A stretch of DNA of 5,533 bases from an archaeon (GTDB lineage: Archaea; Iainarchaeota; Iainarchaeia; Iainarchaeales; CSSED10-239): positions 1 through 5,533 of the forward strand of contig JBAYPN010000038.1 of the NCBI GenBank assembly GCA_041677685.1. Reading direction: 5' to 3'. Below the pieces are notes generated by a model that saw only the letters and a program-made list of their open reading frames with translations, made no database searches and was not told the origin of the DNA. Position 1 is the first letter of the stretch; every line of letters starts with the position of its first letter. The position numbers and the translations under genes are program-made. Positions 5,199-5,533 of this stretch are shown in pieces.

Positions 5199-5499
5199 CT
5201 GTTAAATGTGAAAGCATTTTACAATAATAACTATGAATCTAAAAGTTTAACAATACATGACATTTTTGTATTGGATGATAATTGGTTAACTTTTTTGTCT
5301 TTATACAACCTTAGATCTGTAGAGATCAAAGAAGTAAACAAAATGTTAACTTGTAAATATTTATAATATTTATATATAATGTATGTAAATATTATTTTAT
5401 AAATTGCAGATTTTTTTAAAAAGCTTTTAATCCCAAGTCTTTAAAAATATTTTGATTAACTAATAGTAGATATATAATATTTATAAAAGGTGAAAATTT

Positions 5500-5533
5500 A
5501 TGAACAGAAATAAAAACAAAAACATTTTTAAGA
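5500..5533 (+). CDS. 5' end of an unidentified gene (MNRNKNKNIFK..., truncated by the window edge)
   Basis: An ATG at 5500 is preceded by AAGGTGA (5487-5493) with a 6-nt spacer, a good match to the GGTGA core of the anti-SD complement. The frame stays open to the window end. Only 11 codons are visible, so no product can be assigned. Confidence 0.35.
   Translation, partial: MNRNKNKNIFK

Noticed and set aside
5099-5499. Replication origin (AT-rich, repeat-containing long intergenic region)
   Set aside because: I see no ORB or mini-ORB-like elements (no TCCAGTGGAAA-type repeats). No orc1/cdc6 gene is visible next to it. The repeats present are short A/T strings expected by chance in this composition.
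1-5533. CRISPR arrays, tRNA/rRNA genes, transposases/integrases, toxin-antitoxin or known defence-system genes
   Set aside because: The window has no regularly spaced repeats and no G/C-rich cloverleaf-capable segments; all non-coding stretches are extremely AT-rich. No ORF has recombinase, nuclease-NTPase or other defence-type motifs. The window looks like housekeeping genes plus one accessory enzymatic cassette.

Overview
This is a very AT-rich, gene-dense window (G+C not computed). Five long ORFs can be assigned to protein families by reading their motifs. There is also one 37-codon ORF missing from the supplied track, and the first 11 codons of a further gene at the right edge.

Plus strand: an archaeal/eukaryotic-type RNase HII (137-847) overlaps by 17 nt a small, divergent alpha-crystallin/Hsp20-like ORF (831-1223).

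Minus strand: a TtuA/NcsA-type PP-loop tRNA 2-thiouridine synthetase (4166-5098) sits upstream of a tightly packed three-gene unit. That unit comprises:
- a GH3-family (ANL-superfamily) adenylate-forming amido synthetase (2425-4053);
- an extremely basic 37-aa small ORF with a canonical AGGAGTG ribosome-binding site (2293-2406);
- a DUF2817/M14-type zinc carboxypeptidase-like hydrolase (1210-2289).

The lineage is most consistent with a small-genome, AT-rich archaeon, possibly DPANN-like. This is an inference from the RNase HII type, the double zinc-ribbon TtuA architecture, and TATA-like boxes about 24-27 nt upstream of SD-less start codons.

The main candidate for something undescribed is the GH3 ligase / basic micro-ORF / M14 hydrolase cassette. 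It reads like a writer-substrate-eraser amide-conjugation module. All three ORFs also lie in one reading frame, separated only by single TAA codons.

I saw no rRNA, tRNA, CRISPR array, transposase/integrase or obvious defence gene. All family assignments come from motif recognition by eye and need HMM or structure confirmation.
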